NCBI GenBank assembly: GCA_034780895.1
Contig: JAUZTB010000087.1
Location: 26,340,062-26,404,061, forward strand
From: Rhynchobatus australiae
Lineage: Eukaryota
Reading direction: 5' to 3'
Length of the DNA stretch: 64,000 nt
The notes under the pieces were generated by a model. That model made no database searches and had not been told where the DNA came from. It was given only the letters and a program-made list of their open reading frames with translations. Shown here piece by piece: positions 13,556-25,789 of the stretch; positions within the stretch are counted from its first letter, which is position 1; the number at the start of each line of letters is the position of its first letter. Made by a program: the position numbers and the translations under genes.

Positions 13556-14519
13556 TCTTTTGGTTTCAACATCCCAAATCCCACGTGTAAGCTTACAGGG
13601 TAAGAACAACATCATTTCAAGTATCTGTCAACACTATGCAAATAGGTCCACAAAAAACACGTGAAAGAAAGCATGATTGGTTGCTTTCCTCCCTCTTTTA
13701 CATCACTGTGGCTAACAGTGCTTTACATCTAAAAGGTGAATTTAAATCAACATACTACAGTATAAAAGTGAATTTACTGAGCACCGAAAATATTTATAGA
13801 AAATATATAAACAGATATTGCTATGTAAAGCATTGCTATGAATCATGGCTTCTTCCCCATTAATCACAGGATAATCCAATTTCAAACCCTATTTAGTTGA
13901 AGACAGTGATATGCATTATTGTGTTGCACCTAATCTGCATATTATTGCAGGGTTAGTTTCAATTTTCTTCATTTTTTATTGTGTTCATATTTTCCAAATA
14001 AAGAACTGAATAATTATTCTAACATTTAATATGTANNNNNNNNNNNNNNNNNNNNNNNNNNNNNNNNNNTGTAACTATTAACTTGACATTTACAAAGCAA
14101 ATGGTGACATACCATTTTTTTTAGGCTTTAATAACTTAGAGCCCCTCAATTCCATTTTGTTAATTAACAATGATCAAGAAGCAACTGATAGTAATCAAAT
14201 GCCTCCAACAACCTATTATGGTCACATTCAATCTTATAATTAACCAAAAAGGGAAAATAAAATCTACCGGAGATGCCTCATGAACAACAATAAAATGCTG
14301 CATTTACTAGGAAGATCCAAAATTCCACTCCATCCCCCATAACTGCTTCCCCAACCCTTCTCAAGCCTCTTCTCAAGTCTAGGTTCTCTTATTTTCTCAT
14401 CTGCCCATCAATTTGATGCCTGCTCCTACAACAAACACATCAATCGCATTCCCTCACTATTTCCCTGTAACCTAGTCTCTCTCACAAGCTTACCAGCTCC
14501 ATCCTGATTCTCCTATCAC

Positions 14520-14722
14520 CCACTTATACACTGAAGCTAAGTTACAGTAGCCAATTAACCTACCAACCAGCACATCTTAGGGATATGGGAAGAAACAGGA
14601 GCACCCAGGGGAAACCCATGCATTACAAGAAGAACTCCATACAGTCAGCACCAGAGTTCAGGACTGAACCCAGGTTGCTAGAGCTATGTGGCAGTAACAT
14701 TTTCTGCTGAGCCACTATGCCA
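14520..14722 (-). mobile_element. V-SINE
   Basis: tacagtagccaattaacctac...ggaagaaacaggagcacccaggggaaacccatgc...gaacccaggttgctagagct. Confidence 0.7.
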
Positions 14723-14919
14723 CTGGAAATTACATGAGCTAATCTCGAAAAGGAAACAAAAAGATCATTTCATTTTTAAAGTCAGGATAATGAATTAACT
14801 TGCTGAGACAGGTGTGCCCATGGCTCTTTGTAGATTGGGAAGTTACAACAATTTCCTGACCTCCTGTAGTCCAGGAGATTGCTAATTGGGAAGGAATATA
14901 CACGAATGGTTATGGAATG

Positions 14920-15190
14920 ACACACAAAATGCTAGAGGAACTCAGCAGGTCAGGCAGCAGCTATGGAAGGAAATGGACAGTCTTCATTTTGGGTCAAGAC
15001 CCTTCTTCAGGACTGGAAAGAAAGAGGGGAGATAGCTAGTAATAAAAGGGTGGGGGGAGGAGGGGAGCGAAAGCTAGTGGGTGATCGGTGAATCCAGGTG
15101 AGAGGGGAAAGATAGGCAGGTGGGGGGGTGGAATGGGAATGATGTAAGAAGTTGGGAGGTGATAGGTGGAAGAGACAAAGGGTTCTCTCT
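14920..15190 (-). mobile_element. Penelope-like element terminal fragment with degenerate hammerhead motif
   Basis: cacaaaatgctagaggaactcagcaggtcaggcagc...; the minus strand reads CAGTC CTGAAGA A GGGTC-TT-GACCC AAAA TGAA GACTG. Confidence 0.6.
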
Positions 15191-18100
15191 GGTTATGGAA
15201 TGAGCTGCCTTTCTGTAGGTAACATCTAACACCAATCACAAGAGATGCAACATAAATAGGAATACCATCACTTCCAAGTTCCCGAGTTTGTCACTTACCA
15301 TCCTGATTAAGACATATATCCTTATTTCATTATTACTAATTCAACATCCCCAAGTTCCCAATTTACCAGCATTATGTGATCACCTTTATCAAAAAATCTG
15401 CATTTAGTTCAGTAAAGGCCCATCATATTCTCCAGCTGATAAGAACTAAATAAATTACATACCTGGAGTTTGCAAAGATCTTACTAACAGTAAGAAGGAT
15501 CTTTGACACATGCTTCATTAGACACAATCTAATGTAGCATCAGGTTGTGATCCTCTCTCTGACATGCCTCTCCCACGTCAGTCCTCTCTCTGTCACTATC
15601 CGAGGTCTCAGTTTTCTCCCTGACCATACCTCTCACACACCACTCCACCATAATATCCATTCTCTGTTATAATGGGAGATTGAAGAGGAAATCCCCCTTG
15701 GGTCTCATGTGCACAGAACACCAGAATTCAGAAATTATTCGGTGGACTAAGCCAAAAGTTGCTAGCAAAATTTACCCTTCAGGCCCCTTTAGCTGTTCCT
15801 GCTTTAAATGGTAATACTTTGTAAAGCCTTGAGGGAATTATTTCTGTGAGCTGAAAGTATGTTCATTCACTGGCAGTAAATAGAAGATGTTATGTCTGAG
15901 TTATAATTAAAGGTGTGAAAATGAAAAAAATTAAAAATAAATCATTTTTAGCATAAATAATTATGGAAATAATAAATGGTACCTTGCTCTTCATTTTTCT
16001 TGAATAAGGTCCTAATGCAGACAATTGATAACATTACTATATTAATAAGTCAACCTATGTAGAAAAATGTCAATATAGTACTTTGTATTACCCTGAGCGG
16101 TAACACAATACACAAATGAGTTGTTCAGGACAGTGTGAAATACATTTAAAGTTCATAACTAACTAGTCTTTAAAACTATTTATTTATTCTAATGTGGAAA
16201 AAACAAAGCTCTGATACACATTACCCAAGAACTTTTGACTTGTCTCAATAGCAGAAGAGGGAAATATCAAGGAAGCCATTGCAGAGTGGAACATTTAACT
16301 GCTCCTGAGCATTTATTTGGGCATAAAACGCAAGAATAGACCATTACACATTGAAGAAAAATAACATAACAAAACCAGAACAGAACATAACTGAAAGGGA
16401 AAATAATATAGCAAAGAAAGCTTTATCCCATACAGTGATCTAACATATATCATCATCATACTGTTTATCATATCTGGCATGGAAGGCAAATATAGGCTTT
16501 AGTCTTGCCAGTATCTCTGAAGAAATGTCTCCTTTCTTCCTTGTGGTCCCACTAGATATCTCATCAAATCTAAATTCATCATGCCAGTCCACAGCTTTTC
16601 TCTTAATCCACAATTCCCTTCTCCATACGAGGGAAACACAATTATCACTGCAGATAAATGNNNNNNNNNNNNNNNNNNNNNNNNNNNNNNNNNNNNNNNN
16701 NNNNNNNNNNNNNNNNNNNNNNNNNNNNNNNNNNNNNNNNNNNNNNNNNNNNNNNNNNNNATAAATGTTGACTCAGGAGGAACCATAGAGCAACTGCTCC
16801 CTTAACAATTTTGCATGGTGTTGCAAATTGAGCTCTCTCATTAAATTGCAGATGTATTTCCTAATGATTTGCTCAGTTTCTTGCCCACCACCCACTTTGT
16901 CTTTTATCCTACACTCTAAATTTGTAAAATGATATTTTCATAATTAATGAATTGACTTTTTGCTTAACTGGTATTTGCTTAGAACCCAACTCCTACAAAT
17001 ACTTGTGAACACAAAATGAGTTAAGCTAAAATCAATTCACTAATCTTGAATACAACTGTAAATGTCCAAGCAATACTGGACTACTTGTCTTATCAAACTG
17101 GTGAGACAAAGTGAAGAGCAGACTCAATCCTTAACATCCAAGTCATTGGTAAGTAGTCCACAAAATAGTAAATGTACCTTGAACATTAAACTAACATAGA
17201 TTCAGTTAGTGGTTTCAATAATTATTATTAAACAATGAATTTGGTTAACAGCCATTAAGCATGCTATTATACTAGTATAAATTCCAACAAAGAAATACAG
17301 AAGCAAATCATTCATCTATAAATTTTGGAAATAAAACAATTCCAGAGGAGGGGCTTGCCACTTATGATTGGNNNNNNNNNNNNNNNNNNNNNNNNNNNNN
17401 NNNNNNNNNNNNNNNNNNNNNNNNNNNNNNNNNNNNNNNNNNNNNNNNNNNNNNNNNNNNNNNNNNNNNNNATGATTGGATGGCGCTGCACTGGGCCTTG
17501 CCAATCAGTTGGGACCCATCTTACCTGCAGACGTTTGCAGTCAGGGTCCTGCTCCAGGTAAAAGTGGTTTAGTGGGCAGGCAACTTGTGAGCTCGGGCAG
17601 CTCACTGCTCAGCGAAGATCCACACCAATGTTTTAAGTTGCAGCACTAAGGAAAATAGCATTAGATTGTCCTTAATACAGCTTACCACTGATGGGAAAAG
17701 TTGTACTGTTAATTCCCAGTGTTTAGTAATGACTGTGCTTTAGCCCTATAGATTGCACTAAATTGCTGCTCTAAAAACATATGTTGTCCCCACATGATGC
17801 AAGATAGTTGGCAGCTTGTTTATGGAGTAAGAAGCTTCGCAGGCCAATTGGTAAGTTCTCATTCATAAAATTAAAATGTACTACAATAACCTGTATGCAT
17901 ATTGTACCTCTTGCATGACAAAAATTCCAAAGATGCTTCACGGTACAGAATATCAAACAAATTCTGATACTGGAAATTAGGCAAGATGAAGGACAGCTTG
18001 GTCAAAGAGGCAGATTCTGTTTAACATCTTAATGAAAGACAGAGATATAACATGGCAATGACATTTAGGGAAAAGGTTCCAGAGCTTTGAGCCTTGACGG

Positions 18101-19879
18101 CTGTAGACTGAACCACTAACGCATTTGGAAATGACCAATGTAAATAGTTTGGAAAATTGTGGGCATGAACAGATTACAGAGACAAGGAGGACTAGCCCCA
18201 GAAGGATTTGAAAACAAAGATGAGAACTCTACAATCACAGGATATCGTTTAACTGAGATCCAATATAGGCGAAGGAGCAAGGGCTGATTGTAAATCGGTT
18301 GGTCATGGTTACTAGGATTTTGGATGATCTCAAGTATAAAAAATGGTAGAAGTTGGTAAAATAGGCGGGAATACGTCAGAATACCAGGCGGTAGGCTGAA
18401 AAGTTGTCGATAAGAGTTTAGTTAAATTCGCTGAATTCTAAACTGTTTGTTTCGGCTAAAACCTGTCCCTTCATTACAAATTGCTCGGGACCGCTGTTTT
18501 CGTGACCTGCACTTGATTTGAACAAATGGCGTTACATTTCAACAATGTACTAATTACAGATATTAAGAATGAAGGAAATATTTTCAAGTAACACTATCAG
18601 GTGTGCCAGGTGCAGCAGGACTGTGACGTCGCAGCGATATTATATGGTCATGTTTAGTGAGAAACGCATTAGAAAGTGCATTCTGTCCATGCCCAGGCCC
18701 ACTTTTGACTGAAAGCGCTCGGGTCTTGCGACCACCGATTTTCTCAAGATTTAATTTAAAATTACAACACTACGTCTATGTTGTAGTACCGCCTGGTAAA
18801 CCATTGTGAACAGCGTTCACCTGTTTCTTCCCCCATGAGCTGTCAATTTCACGCTGCCGCTGATGGTAAAATATCACATTGTAATAAACTCGCTTTTTCG
18901 AAGGGAATGGAATCAAGAGTTCTGCAGGCACTCGGCCAACACTGAACGGACTCTCACAGAACTTTCATCAGGAGAAAATATAGCTCGTTACTGCCCCTTG
19001 CGATTTGCCGGAGGTATTGACCCAACCGATTCCCAGCGTTAGAAGCACAGAGACAGGAGGGAGACAATGAAAAAAGTGGAATTCCTCATAATCGAAGACA
19101 GCGGTTAGAGGTGTTCCTGCTTTCCTGCCGGCTGGAAAATACCTGCCCAGAAACTAAGGCAAGTACCATCAAACCCATTGGTCAGAATTTCAAATCATGA
19201 TCCAGTTTTGGAAGTTAATCTATCATTGCCTCCAATTACATTTGCTGCTGTCCAACACTCCCTCAGTGACTATACACTGAAGAAAAGCGAGCTGCCCCCA
19301 CTGTGGGGGCGCTGGGGACAGACATCTCTTGCTGGTTTGCTCATTGGCTCTCTCGTTTTGTTAACAGTTTCTTACCCTATAAATGCTGCCTACTCTTCTC
19401 CTACGCAGGTACTTTGGTGATTTAAAACGGTCCCCCGAAGTGTCAACATGTACACGCTTTGTATACGGGCAAAGTACGGTACAATCTGTTCTTAACTCTG
19501 TACAAGCTCCGTCAAGTAACTACCATTCAAACGCCATCTGCTGTCCACGTGACATCGGTACTAGCCCCGTTCATAATTAAATATTGTTGCAAAATTATAA
19601 CAGATTTCTGGAGTTGCTCCAAATGGACGACCGCGAAGTTAATGATTACTTTCCCCTGCCAGAGGGGTTTGTGTAGATAGTCGGTACAGTGAGGGATGTG
19701 GAAAACTTCTGAACATTGCTTCCGCGCACATTGGCCGATACATGTTGGGCTGTACCCAACGCGGTATAAGGCTCCATAATGTAGGCTCAACAAGGTATAT
19801 GGTGAACTGTGGTTGGAGAATGAATGTGTTCGTGGACGTGGATGGAATGTGTTCGATGATCAATGGCGGGTGTAGAGAG

Positions 19880-20200
19880 ATGTGCTGGGAATGGACGGTG
19901 GGTGTGGTCGGGATGTATTGGGGGTGGATGGTGACGAGACGGGATGTGTTGGGGGTGGATGGAGGGTGTGGACGGGATCTGTTGGGGATGGATGATGACG
20001 GGACGGAATGTGTTGGGGGTGGATGGTGACGGGACGGGATGTGTTGGGGGTGGATGGTGACAGGGGACGGGATGTGTTGGGGATGGATGGAGGGTGTGGA
20101 CGGAATGTGCTGGGGATGGATGGAGTTGGGGATGGAAGGCGAATTGGATAATGGGTGTGGGCTGAATGTCTTGATGTAAGTTAGGGGTGTAAATTGGATG
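19880..20200. repeat. Degenerate ~31-33-bp G-rich tandem repeat at the start of the KCTD16 intron
   Basis: Units like ggatgtgttgggggtggatggtgacgggacg; encodes IHPQHIPS repeats on the minus strand. Confidence 0.85.
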
Positions 20201-20264
20201 TGTTGGCATGTAGAGACTGTGTTGGAGTCAGGTGTAGGTAGGGGTGCGGTATCGCTGTACTCAC

Positions 20265-21093
20265 GGTAGAAGAGGTATTCGGTGTAGCTGCTCCATGCCC
20301 TATCGTCAATTGCCTGGCCACAGGCTGAGCCGGTGAGGGACGAATTGCTGCCCAGCAGAGTGAAGCCTGCCTCGGCCAGCGTGTCGAAGGCTCTCTCGAG
20401 TTGCCGGTAGCGGAGGTAGAAGCGGGACGTGTACCTGTCCGGGGTCCGGTCTGGATCCCTGCTTTCGTTCACATTATCTCCGAACACTTCCTTGAGGAGC
20501 CCGATGCGGCCACACGCGAGGATCCGAGGTACCCGGCGGAAGAGCCGGGCGTCGCCTTGCATGCTGTCCCGCCCCAGGATGCAGGAGCCCCGGTAACCGA
20601 GAGTGATGAATCCTGCCCTGCGCTCGGCTGCTTGGCTCACCCCCCGCGGCAGGTCACTGCCCTGGGACAGCTCGTCCTGGTCGCTGTGCGAGGGGTCTTC
20701 GAGGCCGGGACTCTGCCTCTCGTCCGGACTCAGCATCCGAACCAAGTCGGGCAGCTGGAAGAACTCAGCCTCCCGCCGGAGGCGCATCTTCTCCGGGAAG
20801 AGATCGGGCAGGACCACCGAGCGGTCGCGCAGGTAATCCAAGATGTAGCGGAACAAGAAGCCGTCCCTGTCGATGAAGAAACGTCCGCGGTTGTCCCGGG
20901 CCAGCTCCGGGCTGCCAGAGTTCCTCTTGTGGCCGAACATCCTGCCGAGCACCGAGTTGGGGAGGCTGGTGAGGGTGGAGAGCCGGGTGAAGTACACCTG
21001 GCCGCCCACGTTCAGCTCTACCACTTCGGGCAGCGCCCCGCCGCTGTCCCGGGCTGGCACGGCTGCTGCCCTGCAGTTGGCATTCAACGCCAT
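20265..21093 (-). CDS. KCTD16: KCTD16 first coding exon (BTB/T1 + H1 domains; GABA-B receptor auxiliary subunit), partial CDS
   Basis: ATG at 21093 (MALNANC..), PEVVELNVGGQVYFTR, FFIDRDGFLFRYILDYLRD, GFITLGYRGSC, ESRDPDR.P.RYTSRFYL, WSSYTEYLFY, then donor C|GTGAGT (829 nt, phase 1). The MAL..NC start, QVYFTR, GYRGSC and WSSYTEY motifs and linkage to YIPF5 favour KCTD16 over KCTD8 or KCTD12. Confidence 0.9.
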
Positions 21094-21900
21094 CGCCAAC
21101 CGGCCGCCAGCGACTTGTGGCCGGCTGACCGAGCCCTGCGCTCTCCGCACCGGCCGAAGTGTCCAGGATCTCTCTCCCTCCCGGCTGTGGCTCGGTGCGA
21201 GTCCCGCCTTCCCTTCTCACCGCAGGGGCGGGCGAGCCGATCTGCTGGGGCAAGTTGGGAGGCTCGGCTAACACTGACTGACCGGGTCCCGAGCTGCTTT
21301 CTTCCCAGGGGGTGCTCGGAGCCGCCGCTGCCGTCGGGTTCGCTGCTCCAACCTCCCAGTGTCACATCTCAGAGAGGCAGAGAGAGAGAGAGAGAGAGAG
21401 AGAAAGCTGCTGGGAAGCGGCTCTTACATCATCTCCCCAAGATCACACACCGCCTCCTGTCGAGATTTACTTCTGCAACTTGTGGACTCCGGATGATTCA
21501 GGTTCACAGGCGAAATGGAGAAACCTCTCTCTCCGTTTGCGGCTTCGGCTTCGCGCCAGTAGTCGCTGGCGCCCTGGTCGCTTTCAGACTTGGGCACTTT
21601 CGGAGGTGCCTCCTGTCCAGCTTCCCCTACCCCTCCCCGTCTCCATCTTGCTCAATTTCACGGAGACCTGCGAGGTTTCACCCGCCACACTGTTGTTCCC
21701 CCCGCGGGTCAATCAAAGTTGTCATTGAACGTCAGCCACTGGGAGACCAAGTGCACTGGATCCACACAATGAAGCGCCGAAACCGCGGTCTGGCCTTCGT
21801 TTCCTCGTGTTCCTTTGCCCTCGGGTGCCGAGGGATCAAATCTATTGAGACGTGACGGGATATTTTAAGATCGTGGAATAAATAATTAGGTAGAGCTGGA
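20300..21900. promoter_or_regulatory. CpG island over the KCTD16 5' region and coding exon
   Basis: High GC and dense CpG against AT-rich, CpG-depleted flanks. Confidence 0.85.
21379..21402. repeat. (AG)12 microsatellite, a (CT)n tract upstream of the KCTD16 ATG
   Basis: agagagagagagagagagagagag seen directly. Confidence 0.9.
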
Positions 21901-23504
21901 ACTGAGCGGATAAGGTGACCCAGCAATCCATAAAGGCTCGCACTCAATTCAGTAATATCAGTCTACGCCAAGAGTTCAGCGATTCAGAAATACAATGGAG
22001 ATCTTGTTTCCAAATACTTAGTCCATTTGTAGCGCATGGTAAAAGTTTAGACCGCGGCTGATACAAGTGATCCCATCGATCACCTTGAGCTTCAATAGCC
22101 ACACTAATGGGTATTTGCTGCAATAAACTAGAATGTTACTGATATTGGTAACATAACATAACAGTCAGTTAATACTGGAAAGCTCGAAGTGCGCAATGGG
22201 ATCCAAAAATCCTTCAAACAGCGCCTACCCACACTTGTAATCACACATGCTGCCTAAAAATAGCACGATTAAATATGTAAAAATGATATACGGTTGACTT
22301 TTTCCTTTTAGGAAAAAAATAATCGTGCCATAAACAAAAAAGCCTATTCATAAATAATGATTATCGTAGTTAATTCATTTGCGTAAAATAATCCATAGGA
22401 TNNNNNNNNNNNNNNNNNNNNNNNNNNNNNNNNNNNNNNNNNNNNNNNNNNNNNNNNNNNNNNNNNNNNNNNNNNNNNNNNNNNNNNNNNNNNNNNNNNN
22501 NTTGCACCACACAGCATTGGGTCAGTTTCAGTGTGGCGTGCTCTACTGACCTTTTGTAAGTTCTTGCAACTGCCGGCATTTAGCCTGACGGTTGCAATTT
22601 CTGCAGTCAGCTCTTAAAGATACGTGCCACAATGCAAGCAATCCCTTTCCATCCACAGGGCGAGGTTGGTGCTGAATGCAGAAATGAATGAAGGGAGAGT
22701 GCTAATAGGGGCCAGGTGGACTTGAACAGGCTGGTGGAGAGCTGTAACCACAATAAAAAGCTCACTGAAAAAAATGGTCAAATTTTCAAATAGGTATTGA
22801 ACCACCCCAGAAATTTGCCCAAAATCTCTCCACTTTTAGTTAAGCCAACTTTTAATGACACAGCACTTTTTTTCAAGAATTTTAGGCCAAGGGACATTCC
22901 CAGTCAATGACATTCCTTCAAAGGGCCCAGCACTTGAGCAGGTACACACTTGTGAACCATGGTTTCACAGGAGAAGGATGACAATTACCCCTCCACAATG
23001 ATGCTCTTTCACAGGAACAAGGTTATTGGTACAGCTGGAATTGTTCGAGAGCTACGGGAAGCTTCACTAATGCCTCTCTAGCTACGGCTTAGTCACGTGT
23101 AAAGCTTCAGAGGTCTTTTCCGATGTGCTGTGAATTTTTTTTTAAACGGACTTTAAAGGTACACCTAAGTGAAGATAAAACAGAAGATGAAAACTGTGAT
23201 TGGGTTTGCAGCATTAATTAGTGGCTTTAAAAACAAATAGTTGAGGGCTTACACCTGGATTTCTTCTGGTTGTTCTTTCCTTTCACCATTACTAAGTCAC
23301 CCTTACTGATTTGCTCGTGCTTATTCTAATGGGGTATGGCAGCCTAATGGGTTTAGTACAGTACAAAGTCTACAGATAAGTGGTAACATTGAAGGAGAGG
23401 GTGCCATGCCACTACACACTGTCCTAGAGGTGGCTTCCCTGGAGATGAGGACAACATCCATCTCCTGTTAGACTTTGCGTTTAATAGGAAGGTTTGGAAA
23501 CACC

Positions 23505-23660
23505 TGCAAAAGACAAACTGCTGGGTGAACTCAGCAGGTCAGGCAGCATCTATGGAGGCAAAGGAATGGTTGATGTTTTGGGTCAAGATCTTGCATCAGA
23601 TCTCTACCTCCACAGATGCTGCTTGGCAGGCTTGAGTTCCTCCAGCAATTTGTTTGTTCA
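23505..23660. mobile_element. Short Penelope-derived hairpin element
   Basis: aactcagcaggtcaggcagcatctatggagg ... cctccacagatgctgcttggcaggcttgagttcctccagca inverted arms; same family as 30905, 56190 and 60215. Confidence 0.6.
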
Positions 23661-23699
23661 CTCCATCTGCGGTCTCTCTTGAGTCTGGGANNNNNNNNN

Positions 23700-24150
23700 N
23701 AGCTGGGTAAAGCAAGACTCAGTACTGTCAGGGCTTTTCCCAGCAGGAAAAATAAGACAAGTACCAAATTGCTGAAGGATGCCCTTCAATCTGCCTGAAA
23801 CTTGCTTATCTTCCAGTAGAAGGAGATATCCATGACCGAAAGTCGCAGATGGGCCCATTCCAAGGACCAGGAACAGATGCTGAGGGGTGTACTGCAGCTT
23901 GGTACAGTCACCAGAAAGGCTCTATGGGGAAAATGGGTCACCCACCATTGCATGCTGAGGGGTTGGAATCCAGCCAAAAGCAGCTCAGACTCTTTGTTCA
24001 TGCTATGTATAGTGAAGAAGAATCAATATCATGGCAATATAGTATGAGTTTTGCAAGTGAGAGGAATGGTCTTTATTGCATTGTGAATGCAAACCTATTG
24101 TATTAGGTGTTGGCAAATTATATGAAGAAATTTGGGGGGGAAAAAAGAAC
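23700..24150 (+). mobile_element. Tx1-type LINE ORF2 C-terminal fragment
   Basis: Degenerate KDAL.SA.NLL.FQ.KEISMTE.RRWAHSK.QE.MLRG.LQLG....KALWGK, matching the Tx1 ORF2 end; related to 60880-61100. Confidence 0.65.
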
Positions 24151-24799
24151 TGACTTCAGTAAACCTGCTAACTTGTGGGGTGGCATCAGATATTGATTAC
24201 TTTGTTTGGCTGAAACCAATCTCCCGAAGATCTGTTGGCACTTACTGCTGACAATCAAAGACTTCACCTCTCAGGAGGTCAGTCACTGNNNNNNNNNNTT
24301 TGCTGACCTTCTGGATGCCCCTTGCCGCTCAGCAGTGGCTCCGCTGTGAAGCGGAACTCTCTCTGGGGGGGGGGGCCCAGTGGAAGCGTCTGCCCCTTGC
24401 GTGCTGGGATGGCCCCCACTGCCAATGATCTGGGCAGCTGCTGAGCTGAGTTGGGGCATCCCAACTCCAGGAATAGCAGCAAGCAGATGAGTGAGTCCAA
24501 TGCTGAGAGAGCGCCGTGTCACTTGGAGTGTTTTAACCCATACCTAGTAATCTTTAGAAAGGAAAAACTGAGTCAACCTTACATCACAACTTCCTGAAAG
24601 TTGCCATAAAAGTTTGTTGTCCTCATCAAAGATGTTACCTGACCTGCTGGGTATTTTCAGCATTATCTGTTTCTTTTTGTTTCAGATTTCAAACAGCCAC
24701 AGTTCTGTGCCTTTTGTCTGGCCTTATCTCACAGCTTCTAGGCAGGCTGGCAATTATGGAGGCACTTTTAGGCCTACTTAATTAGAGGGAGAGTGGGAA

Positions 24800-25700
24800 A
24801 GTACCTTTCACAGAAGGGATATCTGCTAGAAGGAGGCATTTCAGCTGGAGATCCTAACCACCTGCAGACTTCTTCCCTCATAAGTTGCAAAGTTTCAGGA
24901 GACTCTACTTACTGGAAGAGTGGTCAGTGAGATTTGCCATGTTCTGGAGCCACAGTTGAAGCCACAGTGTAAGGCCATGAATTGAGATGATGTTGGAAAT
25001 AAATTCTTTCCGTGTCATTTCAGCCTGATCAGCATTTCACAATTTCCAGTACATCACTGCATTTGAGGGGCTTGATATTTAAAATGGGCTCATTCATCTT
25101 CCTCTCCCTAGGCAGACAACAGCAGGCATAATAAATTCTCAAGGACTGTGAACTCAAAAATACTGCATGGATCTACCATCAACACTTACGTTATCTACAG
25201 GGCACTGCATGAGGATGTGGAGATGGACATCTATTGCAAGGGATTTCACTTGCTGAATGTCCAATTGTTTGGTGATCAATTGCAAAAAACATGATGGTCA
25301 AAACCCAATACCCAGGCAGTGGTCATGACTCATTATCATGCTACAGTCTGATGTGTCCCTCATGCTAGACCAAAGGATGGGTGCTTGGGGACAAGAGTTC
25401 TTCTCCCTCCCTCTGGCTCTTGATACCACCCTGAGGCCTGTGCAGAAGACAGTCATGCTGTGAGCCACAATGCCCTTGAGCCGAACATCACTGCCTTTAA
25501 TTAATGCTTCTGTTGCCCAAACTGGTCAAAGGCAACTTGTACGTTACTGCAGAGCAGTTCTCCAAAATCATCCTTAACAATCCAGCATTAATCCAGATTA
25601 TGTGCTTGCCAGTAGCTGGGGAGCAGGAAATTGAGAAACAGCAGGCAGAAGCAGAAGAGGAGATGGAGGAAGAGAGCAGGGCCATGTCAAGAATGATATA
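24800..25700 (+). mobile_element. Fossil PIF/Harbinger (HARBI1-like) DDE transposase
   Basis: Frameshifted motifs in order: SEICHVLEPQLKP, KGFHLLNVQLFGD, YPGSGHDS, GWVLGDK, then an acidic tail (EAEEEMEEE). Confidence 0.75.
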
Positions 25701-25789
25701 AAATAACTGTTAATATTACAATATCAAAACTACAATCCCAATTTTCTATCCCACAAAGATTTGTTTCACCTTCCTGATGTTGCCAATCA

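Noticed and set aside
21094-21150. N-terminal extension MRRAQGSV... in the 503-aa ORF call
   Set aside because: Starts at GTG; the homologous start is the ATG at 21093 (MALNANC) in a good Kozak context.
20401-21855. 484-aa plus-strand ORF and other overlapping ORFs
   Set aside because: Antisense shadow of the GC-rich KCTD16 exon and CpG island; non-ATG start and no recognisable domain.
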